This document shows, in pieces, positions 27,131-38,157 of a stretch of DNA of 64,000 nt (position 1 is the stretch's first letter; every line of letters starts with the position of its first letter). Origin of the DNA: an uncultured Alphaproteobacteria bacterium (GTDB lineage Bacteria > Pseudomonadota > Alphaproteobacteria > HIMB59 > GCA-002718135); NCBI GenBank assembly GCA_902569865.1, contig CACFVT010000001.1:22350-86349 (forward strand), given 5' to 3'. The notes below the pieces were generated by a model, which saw nothing but the letters and a program-made list of their open reading frames with translations, was not told the DNA's origin and made no database searches. A program made the position numbers and the translations under genes.

Positions 27131-27422
27131 ATGAATTTAAATATTTAAGAACATTTTTACTAGCTTTAAAAGATATAACTTTTCTCTCATCAATCATTAC
27201 TTCTTTTTTAGTTTTTGGATTTCTTCCAATTCTACTTTTTTTATATCTAACAATAAATGTACCGAAATTATGTATTTTTACCTTGTCGGAATTTTTCAAT
27301 CCTTCAATTACAATATCTATAATATCGCTTACAAAATTAGTGCAGTCTTTTTTAGGTAATCCAAATTCATTATGAATTGCCTCTGCAATGTGAAATCTAG
27401 TTATATTATCTAATGAAGTCAT
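27117..27422 (-). CDS. ihfA: Integration host factor subunit alpha
   Basis: 101 aa, HU/IHF fold. FGTFIVRYKKSRIGRNPKTKKEVMIDERKVISFKAS. Confidence 0.85.
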   Translation of the reverse strand: MTSLDNITRFHIAEAIHNEFGLPKKDCTNFVSDIIDIVIEGLKNSDKVKIHNFGTFIVRYKKSRIGRNPKTKKEVMIDERKVISFKASKNVLKYLNSFDGK

Positions 27423-28432
27423 AAATTTCTAAAATTTTGAATAATCTTTTCATTTAAATCATTATTTATAATATTAAAACATTTATTGAGGGCAAAATTA
27501 AAAGCATAAGGTGAGGCACTTCCATGACTTTTGATAGATATGCCGTTTAATCCAATTAAAGTTGCTCCATTATATTTGTCTGGATTTATTTTATCTTTGA
27601 ATATTTTAAAATCTTTTTCTAATAATTTAAATGCAATTTTATTTTTATAAGATTTTTTAAATATATTTCTTAAATTAGTTGTTATAAAATCAGAAAGTCC
27701 TTCTGCAGTCTTTAAAATAATATTCCCTGTATAGCCATCTGAAAGTATTATATCACAATCACCTGAAGTTATCTTATTTGGCTCTATAAAACCAACAAAA
27801 TTATTTTTTAAAAAACTATTAGATAATATTTCATGTGCTTCTTGTAAAAATTCTAAACCTTTATTGTTTTCTGTTCCAATATTTATAATGCCAATTTTTG
27901 GATTCCTTTGTGGTTCAATAATAGAAAAATAGGAGTAACCCATAAGGGCAAATTGAAACAAATTTGATGCATCAACTAAAACATTTGCCCCTAAATCTAA
28001 CATTAATGAAAATGATTTTCTATTAGGTAAATCAGAGCAAATTGCTGGCCTGTCCACACCTGGTATCATTCCCAATATTAATCTAGACAAAATCATTAAT
28101 GCAGCTGTATTTCCTGCTGAAACAAAACCTGAGTTAGGATTATCTTTAACAAATTTTAAACCTTTATAAATACTGCTATCTTTGCGAGATCTAAGAATAG
28201 TATTTGGTTTATCATCATCAGAAACATTTTCTAAACAATTAATAATTTCATAATTTGATAAATTAAGATTATTTTTTTTAATTATATCTTCAATTTTTTT
28301 ACTATTACCAAAAAATAATAAATTTACATTTTTATTATACATTAAAAAAATTTCTGATCCCTTGAGTATTTTAAAAGGGCTATTCTCTCCACCCATTGCA
28401 TCAACAGCAATGGTTATTTGTCTGTTGGACAT
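27419..28432 (-). CDS. plsX: Phosphate acyltransferase PlsX
   Basis: 337 aa. IAVDAMGGENSP N-terminus and PlsX pattern throughout. rpmF-plsX order. Confidence 0.9.
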   Translation of the reverse strand: MSNRQITIAVDAMGGENSPFKILKGSEIFLMYNKNVNLLFFGNSKKIEDIIKKNNLNLSNYEIINCLENVSDDDKPNTILRSRKDSSIYKGLKFVKDNPNSGFVSAGNTAALMILSRLILGMIPGVDRPAICSDLPNRKSFSLMLDLGANVLVDASNLFQFALMGYSYFSIIEPQRNPKIGIINIGTENNKGLEFLQEAHEILSNSFLKNNFVGFIEPNKITSGDCDIILSDGYTGNIILKTAEGLSDFITTNLRNIFKKSYKNKIAFKLLEKDFKIFKDKINPDKYNGATLIGLNGISIKSHGSASPYAFNFALNKCFNIINNDLNEKIIQNFRNL

Positions 28433-28437
28433 TAAAT

Positions 28438-28629
28438 TTAGGCTTTTGATTTTGTTTTTTGTTTTAAAATGTGGCGACCATTATACATTCCAGTAGATTT
28501 ATCAATTCTATGGGACATTCTAGGTTCTCCAGATTCTTTGTCCTCAACAATATTTAATTTAATTAAAGAATCATGAGATCTTCTCATATTTCTCTTTGAT
28601 GGAGAGGTTTTTCTTTTTGGTACAGCCAT
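28438..28629 (-). CDS. rpmF: 50S ribosomal protein L32
   Basis: [20 protein letters not shown] is the canonical L32 N-terminus. I use ATG 28629 rather than the TTG 28641 of the ORF track. Confidence 0.9.
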   Translation of the reverse strand: MAVPKRKTSPSKRNMRRSHDSLIKLNIVEDKESGEPRMSHRIDKSTGMYNGRHILKQKTKSKA

Positions 28630-28693
28630 ATAATTTTCCAATTAGACAAATCTAGATATATTGCAAGAAAAAATAGTAATTATTAATAAATTA

Positions 28694-29182
28694 TTATAGT
28701 TTATCAATAACTATGTGGTTATATAAAATTTGTAGATCTTTAGCTATTTTCTGAGTATTTCCATAATTTGAGATTCCAAATTTTTGAATATAATTATCAA
28801 AATTAATATCTGCATTTTCTTTGAAAATCTTATCCAATATCTTCAATCTGTAATAAAATTTTTTAACATATTTTTTAACATATTTTCCAATTGACATATC
28901 TCCAATTCCTTTTTCTCTAAAGTTTTGATCTAAATCTTTTATAAAACTATCAATAATACTTTGACTTATTGCGTTATTTATTTGGGTATTTTTATCTTTT
29001 AGTTTTTTAAGATAAAAAACTGTTATTATAGAAAAGATTTCGAACACTTCATCAAATTTAAAATCTTTATCATTTAAGCTATTTTTAATAAAATGATTTG
29101 AGTGATTTACTATTTCTTGATAAATAGACAAGGTTTGTTTTTTGTAATTATTTCTTTTTATTTTAAAATACTGTAAAAACAT
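28694..29182 (-). CDS. Ubiquinol-cytochrome c chaperone (Cbp3-like) family protein
   Basis: 162 aa with a pattern like bacterial Cbp3/UQCC1-domain proteins. Its position between bamE and rpmF is conserved in alphaproteobacteria (from memory). Confidence 0.55.
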   Translation of the reverse strand: MFLQYFKIKRNNYKKQTLSIYQEIVNHSNHFIKNSLNDKDFKFDEVFEIFSIITVFYLKKLKDKNTQINNAISQSIIDSFIKDLDQNFREKGIGDMSIGKYVKKYVKKFYYRLKILDKIFKENADINFDNYIQKFGISNYGNTQKIAKDLQILYNHIVIDKL

Positions 29183-29623
29183 ATGGTGAAAATTTTTAAA
29201 TTATTTTTATTGATTAATTTAATCTTTGCAATCATAATAAGTTGCTCACAACCTAATTTAACTTATTCAGGTAAAATAATCGATCAAAAAAATTTAAATA
29301 ATTTAAATATTTCTAACAAAAACTACCTAGTAAAAAACTTTGGACAACCTAGCTTCATTGATCCAATTGAAAATAAATATTTTTACTATTTTGAAAAAAC
29401 AAAAGAAAATAATTTTTTTTCAAAAAAGAAAGAATATAGTTATATTTTTGTCTTTGAGTTTAATCAAAATGATGATGTTGTTGAAAAAAAAGTGTTAAAT
29501 CTTAATGAACTACAAAAATTAAAAATTAGTAACATAAGAACAACTAATCAAATTATCGAAAGAGGTTTAATTGAAAAAATATTTGGTGGTGTAGGGACTC
29601 AAAAAGTCCCTAGCACAAATTAA
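29183..29623 (+). CDS. bamE: Outer membrane protein assembly factor BamE (SmpA/OmlA lipoprotein)
   Basis: 146 aa. Signal peptide with lipobox IIS-C. KNYLVKNFGQPSFIDP resembles the BamE core. Confidence 0.65.
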   Translation: MVKIFKLFLLINLIFAIIISCSQPNLTYSGKIIDQKNLNNLNISNKNYLVKNFGQPSFIDPIENKYFYYFEKTKENNFFSKKKEYSYIFVFEFNQNDDVVEKKVLNLNELQKLKISNIRTTNQIIERGLIEKIFGGVGTQKVPSTN

Positions 29624-29628
29624 TTTTT

Positions 29629-31734
29629 TTAAAGAGCTATTGCAGCTAAAAGGAGTAAGGCTACAATATTTGTAATTTTAATCATTGGGTTTACAGCTGG
29701 ACCAGCTGTATCTTTATAGGGATCTCCTACGGTATCTCCAGTAACTGCAGCTTTATGCGCCTCACTTCCTTTTCCTCCATGATTACCATCTTCAATATAC
29801 TTTTTTGCATTATCCCAAGCACCACCACCAGCTGTCATACTAATTGCTACAAATAATCCAGTTATAATTACACCAAGTAAAAGCGCACCTAAACATGATA
29901 GTGCTGCTGCTTGGCCTGCAATTAATAATATTATAAAATATACTACGATCGGTGATAACACAGGCAGCATTGATGGAATAATCATTTCCCTAATTGCTGA
30001 TTTGGTTAGAATATCGACACATTTCCCATATTCTGGTTTCCCCGTACCCTCCATGATTCCAGGTATTTCCTTAAATTGTCTCCTAACTTCAACAACTACT
30101 GAACCTGCAGCTCTACCTACAGCTGTCATGCTCATTGCTCCAAATAGGAAAGGCAACAATCCACCTATTAATAAACCCACTACAACATATGGATTTGATA
30201 AATCAAAAGTAACGTGTCCAATTTTTTCATAAGATAAGGAACTATTAGGATCATTTGCAAAATGCTCAAGATCTTCTGTGTACGCTGCAAACAAGACAAG
30301 TGCTCCTAATCCTGCAGAACCAATAGCATATCCTTTTGTGACAGCTTTAGTTGTATTTCCAACTGCATCTAAAGCGTCAGTAGTTTTTCTAACATTATCA
30401 TCTAATTCTGCCATTTCAGCAATTCCTCCAGCATTATCTGTAACTGGACCATATGCATCGAGTGCTACAACCATGCCTGCTAATGCTAGCATTGTTGTTA
30501 CAGCAATTGCTATTCCAAATAATCCAGCAAGTGAATGCGTAATTATTATGCCTGCTACAATTATAATTGCAGGGAGTGCAGTTGCTTCTAAGCTTATTGC
30601 AAGACCTTGTATAACATTTGTTCCATGACCAGTTGTAGAAGCTTGTGCAATACTTTGAACTGGCCTATAATTAGTACCTGTATAATATTCAGTAACCCAA
30701 ATAATTAACCCTGTAATAATTAAACCTAATAAACCACAATAAAAAAGAGATATTCCAGTAAATGATTTATCATCAATACTGAAAACTGAACTTAAACCTA
30801 TAACATGATCAGTTATAAAATATAAAAGAAGAGCGGATAAAATTGCAGAAACTGCAAAACCTTTATACAATGCAGCCATAATATTTTTACTTTTACCTAA
30901 TCTCACAAAATATGTTCCAACAATACTTGCAAGAGTACAAACACCAGCAATGGCAAGTGGGTACATCATCATCGAAGAAAGATCAGAAAAAAATATTGAG
31001 GAAAGAACCATTGTAGCAACTACTGTAACTACATATGTTTCAAACAAGTCAGCAGCCATACCGGCGCAATCACCAACGTTATCACCTACGTTATCAGCTA
31101 TAACTGCTGGATTACGAGGATCATCTTCAGGAATGCCTGCCTCTACTTTGCCAACAAGATCAGCTCCTACATCTGCTCCTTTAGTAAAAATACCTCCACC
31201 TAATCTAGCAAAAATTGAAATTAATGATGCCCCAAAACCTAATGAAACCAATGGAGCTACAATTTCTCTACCAGGAAATAAACCAGAATTATCTAAAATA
31301 AAATAATAGAGGGCAATTGATAATAAAGCAAATCCAGCGACTAACATACCTGTAACTGCGCCAGCTTTGAATGAAACAGATAGTCCCTCTGCCAAACTTG
31401 AGCTTGCAGCTTGAGTAGTTCTTACATTAGATCTAACAGAAATATTCATACCAACATAGCCTGCAGCTCCTGAAAAAATTGCACCAATTAAGAAACCCAG
31501 ACCTGAAGAAAGTCCAAATACTATCCAAATTAATATAAAAATAACAACTCCAACTATTCCGATAGTTAAGTATTGTCTGTTTAAGTAAGCTCTTGCTCCT
31601 TCTTGGATTGCACTTGCAATACTAGCCATTTTTTTATTACCAGTACTAAGTGATAAAATTTGCCTTGATGTAACTAAGCCGTACAAAACAGCAGCTAGAC
31701 CACATAATAATATAAAGATTTGCATTATTGTCAT
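29629..31734 (-). CDS. hppA: Membrane-bound proton-translocating pyrophosphatase
   Basis: 701 aa, about 16 TM segments, with diagnostic motifs [39 protein letters not shown] and [15 protein letters not shown]. Confidence 0.95.
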   Translation of the reverse strand: MTIMQIFILLCGLAAVLYGLVTSRQILSLSTGNKKMASIASAIQEGARAYLNRQYLTIGIVGVVIFILIWIVFGLSSGLGFLIGAIFSGAAGYVGMNISVRSNVRTTQAASSSLAEGLSVSFKAGAVTGMLVAGFALLSIALYYFILDNSGLFPGREIVAPLVSLGFGASLISIFARLGGGIFTKGADVGADLVGKVEAGIPEDDPRNPAVIADNVGDNVGDCAGMAADLFETYVVTVVATMVLSSIFFSDLSSMMMYPLAIAGVCTLASIVGTYFVRLGKSKNIMAALYKGFAVSAILSALLLYFITDHVIGLSSVFSIDDKSFTGISLFYCGLLGLIITGLIIWVTEYYTGTNYRPVQSIAQASTTGHGTNVIQGLAISLEATALPAIIIVAGIIITHSLAGLFGIAIAVTTMLALAGMVVALDAYGPVTDNAGGIAEMAELDDNVRKTTDALDAVGNTTKAVTKGYAIGSAGLGALVLFAAYTEDLEHFANDPNSSLSYEKIGHVTFDLSNPYVVVGLLIGGLLPFLFGAMSMTAVGRAAGSVVVEVRRQFKEIPGIMEGTGKPEYGKCVDILTKSAIREMIIPSMLPVLSPIVVYFIILLIAGQAAALSCLGALLLGVIITGLFVAISMTAGGGAWDNAKKYIEDGNHGGKGSEAHKAAVTGDTVGDPYKDTAGPAVNPMIKITNIVALLLLAAIAL

Positions 31735-31796
31735 TGCTTTTAATCTCCTTGATTTTTTTTGCTCATATGTCAGAAAGTATTGGAAAAATCAAGAAT

Positions 31797-32786
31797 TTAG
31801 GCAAAATGATCAAAACTACGGATTTTTTTTATAATTTTTAGAGAATCATCAAAAATTCCACACTTTTTAATAATAGAACCTACAAGTGATAACTTAACAT
31901 TATATTTTTTTGATAAACCTAATAATTTTTCCCTGTTTTTTTTAAATGAAGTAAAAACTAACTCATAGTCATCTCCCCAATTTAGAATATCTTCAAGTTT
32001 AATTAGTGATTTATGCTTTATCATAATTTTATTTAACATGCTTGAAAGAGGTATTAATCTTGTATTAATTTTAGCTCCAAATTTTCCATTTAAAATTTTT
32101 GACAAATCACCTAACAAACCATCAGAAATATCTATTGCTGAGTTTATATATTTATAAGCGTGAGATCCAAACATACATGGTTGAGGGTAAAAGTATTGCT
32201 TTTTAAAATATGATGAATGTTTTTTGCCTAACTTGATACTTGAATTATTTAAAATCCTACAACCTAAATATGAATTACCTAAATTCCCTGTAACCCAGAT
32301 ATCATCTCCTAGATTACAATTCCTTTGTGATATAATATTTTTTAATTTAGCTTCGCCAAATAAATTAGCAGTTAAACTAATTTCATTAGCATATGAAATA
32401 TCACCACCAAGAAGGTAAATATTAAATTTTTTTTGTAGTTTATTAAGCTTAGAAGTAAATTTTTTTAACCAGCCATAAGTAATTTTAGAATTAATTGAAA
32501 TATTTAAAGTATAAGTTTTTGGTATAGCGCCCATTGCAGAAATGTCAGATAGATTTATACAAAGTATTTTTTGAGCGATTGATTCTGGAGGATCATTGGG
32601 AAAAAAATCAATATTCTCAACTATAGTATCAGTTGTTACAACAGTTTTGTATTTGCTTGATATATTTAAATAAGATGCATCATTTTCAAAATTAAAAGTC
32701 CCAACCTTATTTAAATTAAGCTTTTTAAAAAATTTATCTATTATGATTTTTTCAGATAATTTAGAATTATAAGAAATTTTTGTCAC
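31797..32786 (-). CDS. thiL: Thiamine-monophosphate kinase
   Basis: 329 aa, AIR-synthase-related fold (DISDGLLGDL). Conserved nusB-thiL order. Confidence 0.8.
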   Translation of the reverse strand: MTKISYNSKLSEKIIIDKFFKKLNLNKVGTFNFENDASYLNISSKYKTVVTTDTIVENIDFFPNDPPESIAQKILCINLSDISAMGAIPKTYTLNISINSKITYGWLKKFTSKLNKLQKKFNIYLLGGDISYANEISLTANLFGEAKLKNIISQRNCNLGDDIWVTGNLGNSYLGCRILNNSSIKLGKKHSSYFKKQYFYPQPCMFGSHAYKYINSAIDISDGLLGDLSKILNGKFGAKINTRLIPLSSMLNKIMIKHKSLIKLEDILNWGDDYELVFTSFKKNREKLLGLSKKYNVKLSLVGSIIKKCGIFDDSLKIIKKIRSFDHFA

Positions 32787-33231
32787 TTAAATACTTATCT
32801 GTAATTGCATTAATCATACCAAGATCTTTTTTAGGTATAAGTGTTTTGGAAATATTTATATAGTCATTAATTACAATTTTTGCTTTTTCTTTATTTGTAA
32901 TTTCAAGTTCAGAAAAAATGGACAAAATTATAGATTTATTTATCTGATCCCAATTTTTGTATTTTCTATCAAACTTTATCAAGGAATTTATTATATCTTC
33001 AATATTATGATATTTAATAAATTTCGCATAACTTGTTGTAAGTTTTTTGAAATAGTTTTTGTTAAAATTAATATTAATATCTTTATTTTGCTTTATTGAT
33101 GGAATTGATAACTTATAAAAGTAATTTTCAAATTCACTCATATTTTCTTCAACAGTAGAGTTAGAAAAAAAAGAAGAAAATATAAATTGAATAAATGACA
33201 GCCTAGTCTCAGTTTTAATTGAATTTTGCAT
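32767..33231 (-). CDS. nusB: Transcription antitermination factor NusB
   Basis: 154 aa. Position after ribH is conserved, and the sequence is a helical NusB-like protein. Divergent, so confidence is moderate. Confidence 0.65.
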   Translation of the reverse strand: MQNSIKTETRLSFIQFIFSSFFSNSTVEENMSEFENYFYKLSIPSIKQNKDININFNKNYFKKLTTSYAKFIKYHNIEDIINSLIKFDRKYKNWDQINKSIILSIFSELEITNKEKAKIVINDYINISKTLIPKKDLGMINAITDKYLSDKNFL

Positions 33232-33236
33232 TAATA

Positions 33237-33635
33237 TTATAAAAGTTTAATGCAAGCATTTGCCGCTTCTCTCCCTTTATTTTTTTTTCTAATATCACTT
33301 CTATTTATTGCTTGTTCTAAATTCTCACATGTTAAAATTCCAAAACCAATTGGTTTTAGTGAATTATTTGAAATTTCCATTATTTTTCTTGCACATTCAT
33401 TAGCAATTAAATTAAAATGATAAGTCTCACCTCTAATTACACATCCTAAAGCAATAAAACCTATATATTTTTCAAGATTTTGAGAGATTAAAAAGGGTAC
33501 TTCAAAACAACCTGGGGCATGAACTAACTCAAAATCTATATTGTTGATTTTTAATTCTTCAGTAGCTCCTTTAATTAAATTACTGCTAACTTCATCGTAG
33601 TAGTTGGAGCACACAATTAGAACTTTATTTTTCAT
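33237..33635 (-). CDS. ribH: 6,7-dimethyl-8-ribityllumazine synthase
   Basis: 132 aa. VHAPGCFEVPF and ALGCVIRGETYHF motifs. Confidence 0.85.
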   Translation of the reverse strand: MKNKVLIVCSNYYDEVSSNLIKGATEELKINNIDFELVHAPGCFEVPFLISQNLEKYIGFIALGCVIRGETYHFNLIANECARKIMEISNNSLKPIGFGILTCENLEQAINRSDIRKKNKGREAANACIKLL

Positions 33636-34735
33636 ATTTTTTGCTGTTTAATAATTTCAATATCAAAACCATCTAAAGCTATAATTTTTTTATTTGAATT
33701 TGAAAGTAATATTATTTTTTTAATTCCTATATCCTTAAGAATCTGCGCACCAACACCATATTCTCGAAGTTCTAATTTATTATTCTGCTCATTTCTTTGA
33801 TCAAAAGCTTTAAGAATATTGGGGGCAATATCACTATTAATCAACACTATTGCACCAGAACCATTTTTTTCAATTATTTCAAATGAATGATTGATTTCAT
33901 CACCAAAAATATTTTTTTCAGCAAAAATATCTTTTTCTATGCTTAATTTATGCATTCTAACTGGATATAAGTTATCAGCTGTAGTTATATTTTTAACCAA
34001 GGCATAATGCTTTTCTTTTGATAAAGTATTTTCAAATATTTTTAGAATAAAATCTTTACCTTTGTTACTTTCAAATGCGCGTTCAGAAATTTGTTTTATT
34101 ATTGTATTATACTTTAATCTGTACTTTATTAATTCTGATACTGTTCCTACTTTTAAATTATGAAATTTTGCAAATTTAAGAATTTCTGGTAACCTGGCCA
34201 TATCACCATCGTCACTCATAATTTCACAAATTACTCCTGAAGGATTTAAACCTGCTAACTTAGAAATATCTACAGCAGCTTCAGTATGACCTGCTCTTAC
34301 TAAAACACCTCCATCCCATGCCATTAAAGGGAAAACATGGCCTGGATATACTAAATCATTTTTTTTCATATTATGATTTATAGCTACTGATATTGTATGA
34401 GATCGATCTGCAGCTGATATACCAGTAGTGACACCTTCTTTTGCCTCTATCGAAACAGTAAATGCTGTTAAATCATTTTTTTGATTATTTGGATTCATCA
34501 ATGGCAACTCTAATTCTTCTATTCTCTGTTTGGTCATTGAAAGACAAATAAGACCTCTTCCATACTTAGCCATAAAATTAATTGCATCCGGTGTAGCCAT
34601 TTGCGCTGGAATAATTAGGTCTCCTTCATTTTCTCTATTAGGATCATCAACAAGAATATACATTCTACCATTTCTTGCTTCATCAATAATTTCTTCAATT
34701 GGTGAAATATCAATTTGTTTATTTATGTTAGCCAT
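33632..34735 (-). CDS. ribBA: Bifunctional 3,4-dihydroxy-2-butanone-4-phosphate synthase / GTP cyclohydrolase II-like
   Basis: 367 aa. RENEGDLI, GHTEAAVD and GVICEIM motifs of RibB, plus a C-terminal RibA-like domain. Confidence 0.9.
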   Translation of the reverse strand: MANINKQIDISPIEEIIDEARNGRMYILVDDPNRENEGDLIIPAQMATPDAINFMAKYGRGLICLSMTKQRIEELELPLMNPNNQKNDLTAFTVSIEAKEGVTTGISAADRSHTISVAINHNMKKNDLVYPGHVFPLMAWDGGVLVRAGHTEAAVDISKLAGLNPSGVICEIMSDDGDMARLPEILKFAKFHNLKVGTVSELIKYRLKYNTIIKQISERAFESNKGKDFILKIFENTLSKEKHYALVKNITTADNLYPVRMHKLSIEKDIFAEKNIFGDEINHSFEIIEKNGSGAIVLINSDIAPNILKAFDQRNEQNNKLELREYGVGAQILKDIGIKKIILLSNSNKKIIALDGFDIEIIKQQKI

Positions 34736-35328
34736 TAATTATTAGATCTTTCTGAAAATCTAGCTAAATAATCAAATTCAATGTTCACAATATCATTTTC
34801 ATTAATAAATTTTAAATTAGTATTTTCATATGTATGAGGAATAACTGAAATTGAAAAACTGTCAGCAGATAGATTAGCAATTGTTAGAGAAATACCGTTT
34901 ATAGCAATAGATGCTTTATCCACTATGTATTTTTTAGCTTCATCTTGAAAATTTTTAAAACAAAACTCCCAACTATTATTCAATTTATTCACCTTTAGTA
35001 ATTCAGTAGTTCTATCCACGTGACCATAAACAAAATGACCTGAAATTTCATCACCAATTTTGAGGGATTTTTCCAGATTGATTGAGATTAATTTGTTAAA
35101 TAAATTATTTGAAAATGTAGTTATTAGTTGTGTTTCTTCACCAACAGTAGCTTTAAAATAATATAAATTACTTTTAAATTCAATTTCTGTAGTAGTTAAG
35201 CAGACTCCATTACAGCAAATAGATGAACCAACATTACAATCACTTAAATCAAGAGCAGTTTTTACTTCTAGCTCACCATTAGAAAAATTAATAGCTTTGC
35301 CTAAGTTTTGAATTATTCCTGTAAACAT
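34735..35328 (-). CDS. ribE: Riboflavin synthase
   Basis: 197 aa. MFTGIIQNLG N-terminus with duplicated lumazine-binding repeats (GDSICCNGVCLT-like, INGISLT). Confidence 0.85.
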   Translation of the reverse strand: MFTGIIQNLGKAINFSNGELEVKTALDLSDCNVGSSICCNGVCLTTTEIEFKSNLYYFKATVGEETQLITTFSNNLFNKLISINLEKSLKIGDEISGHFVYGHVDRTTELLKVNKLNNSWEFCFKNFQDEAKKYIVDKASIAINGISLTIANLSADSFSISVIPHTYENTNLKFINENDIVNIEFDYLARFSERSNN

Positions 35329-36408
35329 TTATTTTATCTCATACTTAAAATATAAATTATCATCAAATTTAATTGTCTCTAATAATTTTTTCTTAATATT
35401 TTTCAAATCATTTTCTTTAATAACTGGAATTCCTTTTTTTCCTATTGTAAATGGAGCTTGAAATAAATGTATTTCATCAATTAAATTATTTTTAAGTAAA
35501 TCTGCAAATAATATACCTCCGGCTTCAACCAATAAATCAGAAATTTTTAATCTATACAAATGAGTAAATAACTTCTTTAAATTTAATTTATTATTTTCTA
35601 ATCTCATTTCAATAATCTCACATCCTAGCTGTTTTAATTTTTTTGATTTAAGATTTTTTTTACATGTAAAAATTATTACTCTTTTATCGTGCAGATTATT
35701 AAGAAGTTTTGCATTCAAAGGAAGTTTCAGATTTTTATCAATTACAACAATATTTATATTTTTAATAATGGTGTTTTTTTTCCTCACAGTAAATCTTGGG
35801 TTATCTTTAATTATCGTTTTTGAAGTAGTTAAAATAGCTTGACTTTTAGCTCTTAAAGAATGTGCATAGGATCTACTTTTGGAATTACTAATCCATTTAC
35901 TTTTATAATTGCTCCAAGCTATCTTTTCATCGCTTGAAATTGCCATTTTAACTTTAGTAAATGGTTTTTTTTTCTTAAGACTTTTAAAGAAAAATTTATT
36001 TATACTTATTGTTCTGTCTTTTGATATTCCTGTAATAACTTTAATTTTATTTCTTTTAAGTTTGTTAATACTTTTATTTTTTGTTCTCGGGTCTTGATCT
36101 ATGCATGAAATAACAATTTGTTTAATTCCTGATCTTAAAATTTGATCTGTGCATGATCCATTTTGTGAACTATGAAAACAAGGTTCAAGTGTAACATACA
36201 TGGTTGCTCCTTTAGCTTGCTTTCCTGCTTTTGCTAATGCTGTTTCTTCAGCATGTGGTCTTCCAGTTGAGCTAGTTACTGCTTTTGATATAATTTGATT
36301 ATTTTTACATATTAAACAACCAACACTAGGATTAGGAAATGTTTTACCTAAATTTTTAGAAGCGATTTGATGAGCCTGGTTAATAAACTTAAGATGATTT
36401 GAAATCAT
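35329..36408 (-). CDS. ribD: Bifunctional riboflavin biosynthesis deaminase/reductase RibD
   Basis: 359 aa. Deaminase zinc motifs HAEETAL and TLEPCFH, plus a C-terminal reductase domain. Confidence 0.85.
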   Translation of the reverse strand: MISNHLKFINQAHQIASKNLGKTFPNPSVGCLICKNNQIISKAVTSSTGRPHAEETALAKAGKQAKGATMYVTLEPCFHSSQNGSCTDQILRSGIKQIVISCIDQDPRTKNKSINKLKRNKIKVITGISKDRTISINKFFFKSLKKKKPFTKVKMAISSDEKIAWSNYKSKWISNSKSRSYAHSLRAKSQAILTTSKTIIKDNPRFTVRKKNTIIKNINIVVIDKNLKLPLNAKLLNNLHDKRVIIFTCKKNLKSKKLKQLGCEIIEMRLENNKLNLKKLFTHLYRLKISDLLVEAGGILFADLLKNNLIDEIHLFQAPFTIGKKGIPVIKENDLKNIKKKLLETIKFDDNLYFKYEIK

Positions 36409-36415
36409 TCTAGTT

Positions 36416-36868
36416 TTATTTATCTTCTAAATTGCCTAAAAAATCCTCGAAATCTTTTACTTCCCTAAAATTCTTGTAAACAGAGGCAAATCTAACATAT
36501 GCAACTTGATCAAGTATAGACAAAGCTTCCATTATATATTGACCCACAAGTTCAGTTTTAATTTCTCCCTCACCAGAATTTTCTAATTTCCTTACAATAG
36601 CATTTACAATTTTCTCAATTTTTTCAGTTTCAATGTCCCTCTTTCTTAGAGCTAATGATATTGATCTGTACATTTTATCTCTGTCAAAAGATTCTTTCTG
36701 ACCATCTGATTTGACAACTATTAAATCCCTTAATTGAATTCTTTCAAAAGTAGTGAAACGTGAACCACATTGTTCACAAACACGTCTGCGTCTAATTGCA
36801 GTATTATCTTCAGTTGGTCTTGAATCTTTAACTTGAGAGTCTTCGTTACTACAAAATGGACATCTCAT
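36416..36868 (-). CDS. nrdR: Transcriptional repressor NrdR
   Basis: [17 protein letters not shown]...[12 protein letters not shown] zinc ribbon plus an ATP-cone. ATG 36868 shares one base with the glyA stop (TGATG). Confidence 0.9.
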   Translation of the reverse strand: MRCPFCSNEDSQVKDSRPTEDNTAIRRRRVCEQCGSRFTTFERIQLRDLIVVKSDGQKESFDRDKMYRSISLALRKRDIETEKIEKIVNAIVRKLENSGEGEIKTELVGQYIMEALSILDQVAYVRFASVYKNFREVKDFEDFLGNLEDK

Positions 36869-38157
36869 CAAAAAGCCTCATCATAAATTGGATATTTTTT
36901 ACACATACTAATAACTTTACTTTTCATTGAAGAAATAAATTCATTATGATTATCTTGATTTTGATTAATGTTATCAAGTATTTCTGAAATTAAATCACCA
37001 ATTTCACTAAAATCATTCTCATCAAAGCCTCTAGAAGTAGCTGCAGCTGTACCAAATCTCAAACCACTTGTGATTTTTGGTGGATTAGGATCATAAGGAA
37101 TAGCATTTTTGTTACAAGCTATTCCAACTTCTTCAAGTATTTTTTCAGCCTTATCACCTGTTATTTTTTTAGGAGTGAGATCTAACCACACAATATGAGA
37201 GTCAGTTCCACCAGTTACAACCTTAAATCCATTATTTACTAAGGATGAAGCTAATACTTTAGCATTTGAAATTACTTGTTTAATATAATTTTCAAATTCT
37301 GGCTTTAATGCTTCACCAAAAGCAACGGCTTTAGCTGCCATTACATGCATTAGTGGACCGCCTTGTAATCCTGGGAAAACAGCACTGTTAATTTTTTTAA
37401 TCAATGTTTCATCATTAGTTAATATCATTGCACTTCTAGCACCTCTTAAAGTTTTATGAGTTGTAGAAGTAACAACATGCGCATAATCTATAGGGTTAGG
37501 GTATTGTTTACCAGCAATCAAACCTGAATAATGGGCCATATCAACTAAAAAATATGCTCCAACCTTATCGGCTATTGCTCTAAATTTTTTCCAATCTATA
37601 GTTCTGGGATATGCTGATGCTCCTGCAATAATTAATTTAGGTTTATGTTCAATTGCTAGAGCTTCAACTTCATCATAATCAATTAGATCTTTATCATTTC
37701 CATCTTTTTTAACACCATATTGAATTGGATTAAACCATTTCCCAGATAAATTAGGTTTTGCTCCATGAGTTAGGTGTCCACCAGAAGCTAAAGACATCCC
37801 AAGTATAGTGTCATGGGGTTGTAAAAGAGCTAAAAAAACAGCTTGGTTAGCTTGCGCTCCACTATGAGGTTGCAGATTTGCATACTTACATCCGTATAAC
37901 TTTTTAACTCTTTCTAAAGCTATATTTTCTGCTTCATCAACAAATTCACATCCGCCATAATATCTGTTTCCAGGATATCCTTCAGCATATTTATTAGTCA
38001 TAACAGATCCTTGAGCATTCAGAACTGCTTTTGAAGCAATATTTTCTGAAGCAATTAATTCTATCTGATTTTGCTGTCTCTCAAGTTCTTTTTTTAAAGT
38101 TGCATATACTTCAGGGTCTGTTTTTACAATTTCATCATTAAAAAAATTTAGACTCAT
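36868..38157 (-). CDS. glyA: Serine hydroxymethyltransferase
   Basis: 429 aa. [15 protein letters not shown]-Lys motif and SHMT sequence throughout. Confidence 0.95.
   Translation of the reverse strand: MSLNFFNDEIVKTDPEVYATLKKELERQQNQIELIASENIASKAVLNAQGSVMTNKYAEGYPGNRYYGGCEFVDEAENIALERVKKLYGCKYANLQPHSGAQANQAVFLALLQPHDTILGMSLASGGHLTHGAKPNLSGKWFNPIQYGVKKDGNDKDLIDYDEVEALAIEHKPKLIIAGASAYPRTIDWKKFRAIADKVGAYFLVDMAHYSGLIAGKQYPNPIDYAHVVTSTTHKTLRGARSAMILTNDETLIKKINSAVFPGLQGGPLMHVMAAKAVAFGEALKPEFENYIKQVISNAKVLASSLVNNGFKVVTGGTDSHIVWLDLTPKKITGDKAEKILEEVGIACNKNAIPYDPNPPKITSGLRFGTAAATSRGFDENDFSEIGDLISEILDNINQNQDNHNEFISSMKSKVISMCKKYPIYDEAF

Noticed and set aside
30002-31306. Three sizeable plus-strand ORFs (76, 116 and 118 aa) inside the hppA region
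   Set aside because: They are antisense shadows of the less AT-biased, strongly supported pyrophosphatase gene. Their products are low-complexity P/A/S/T-rich strings with no motifs.
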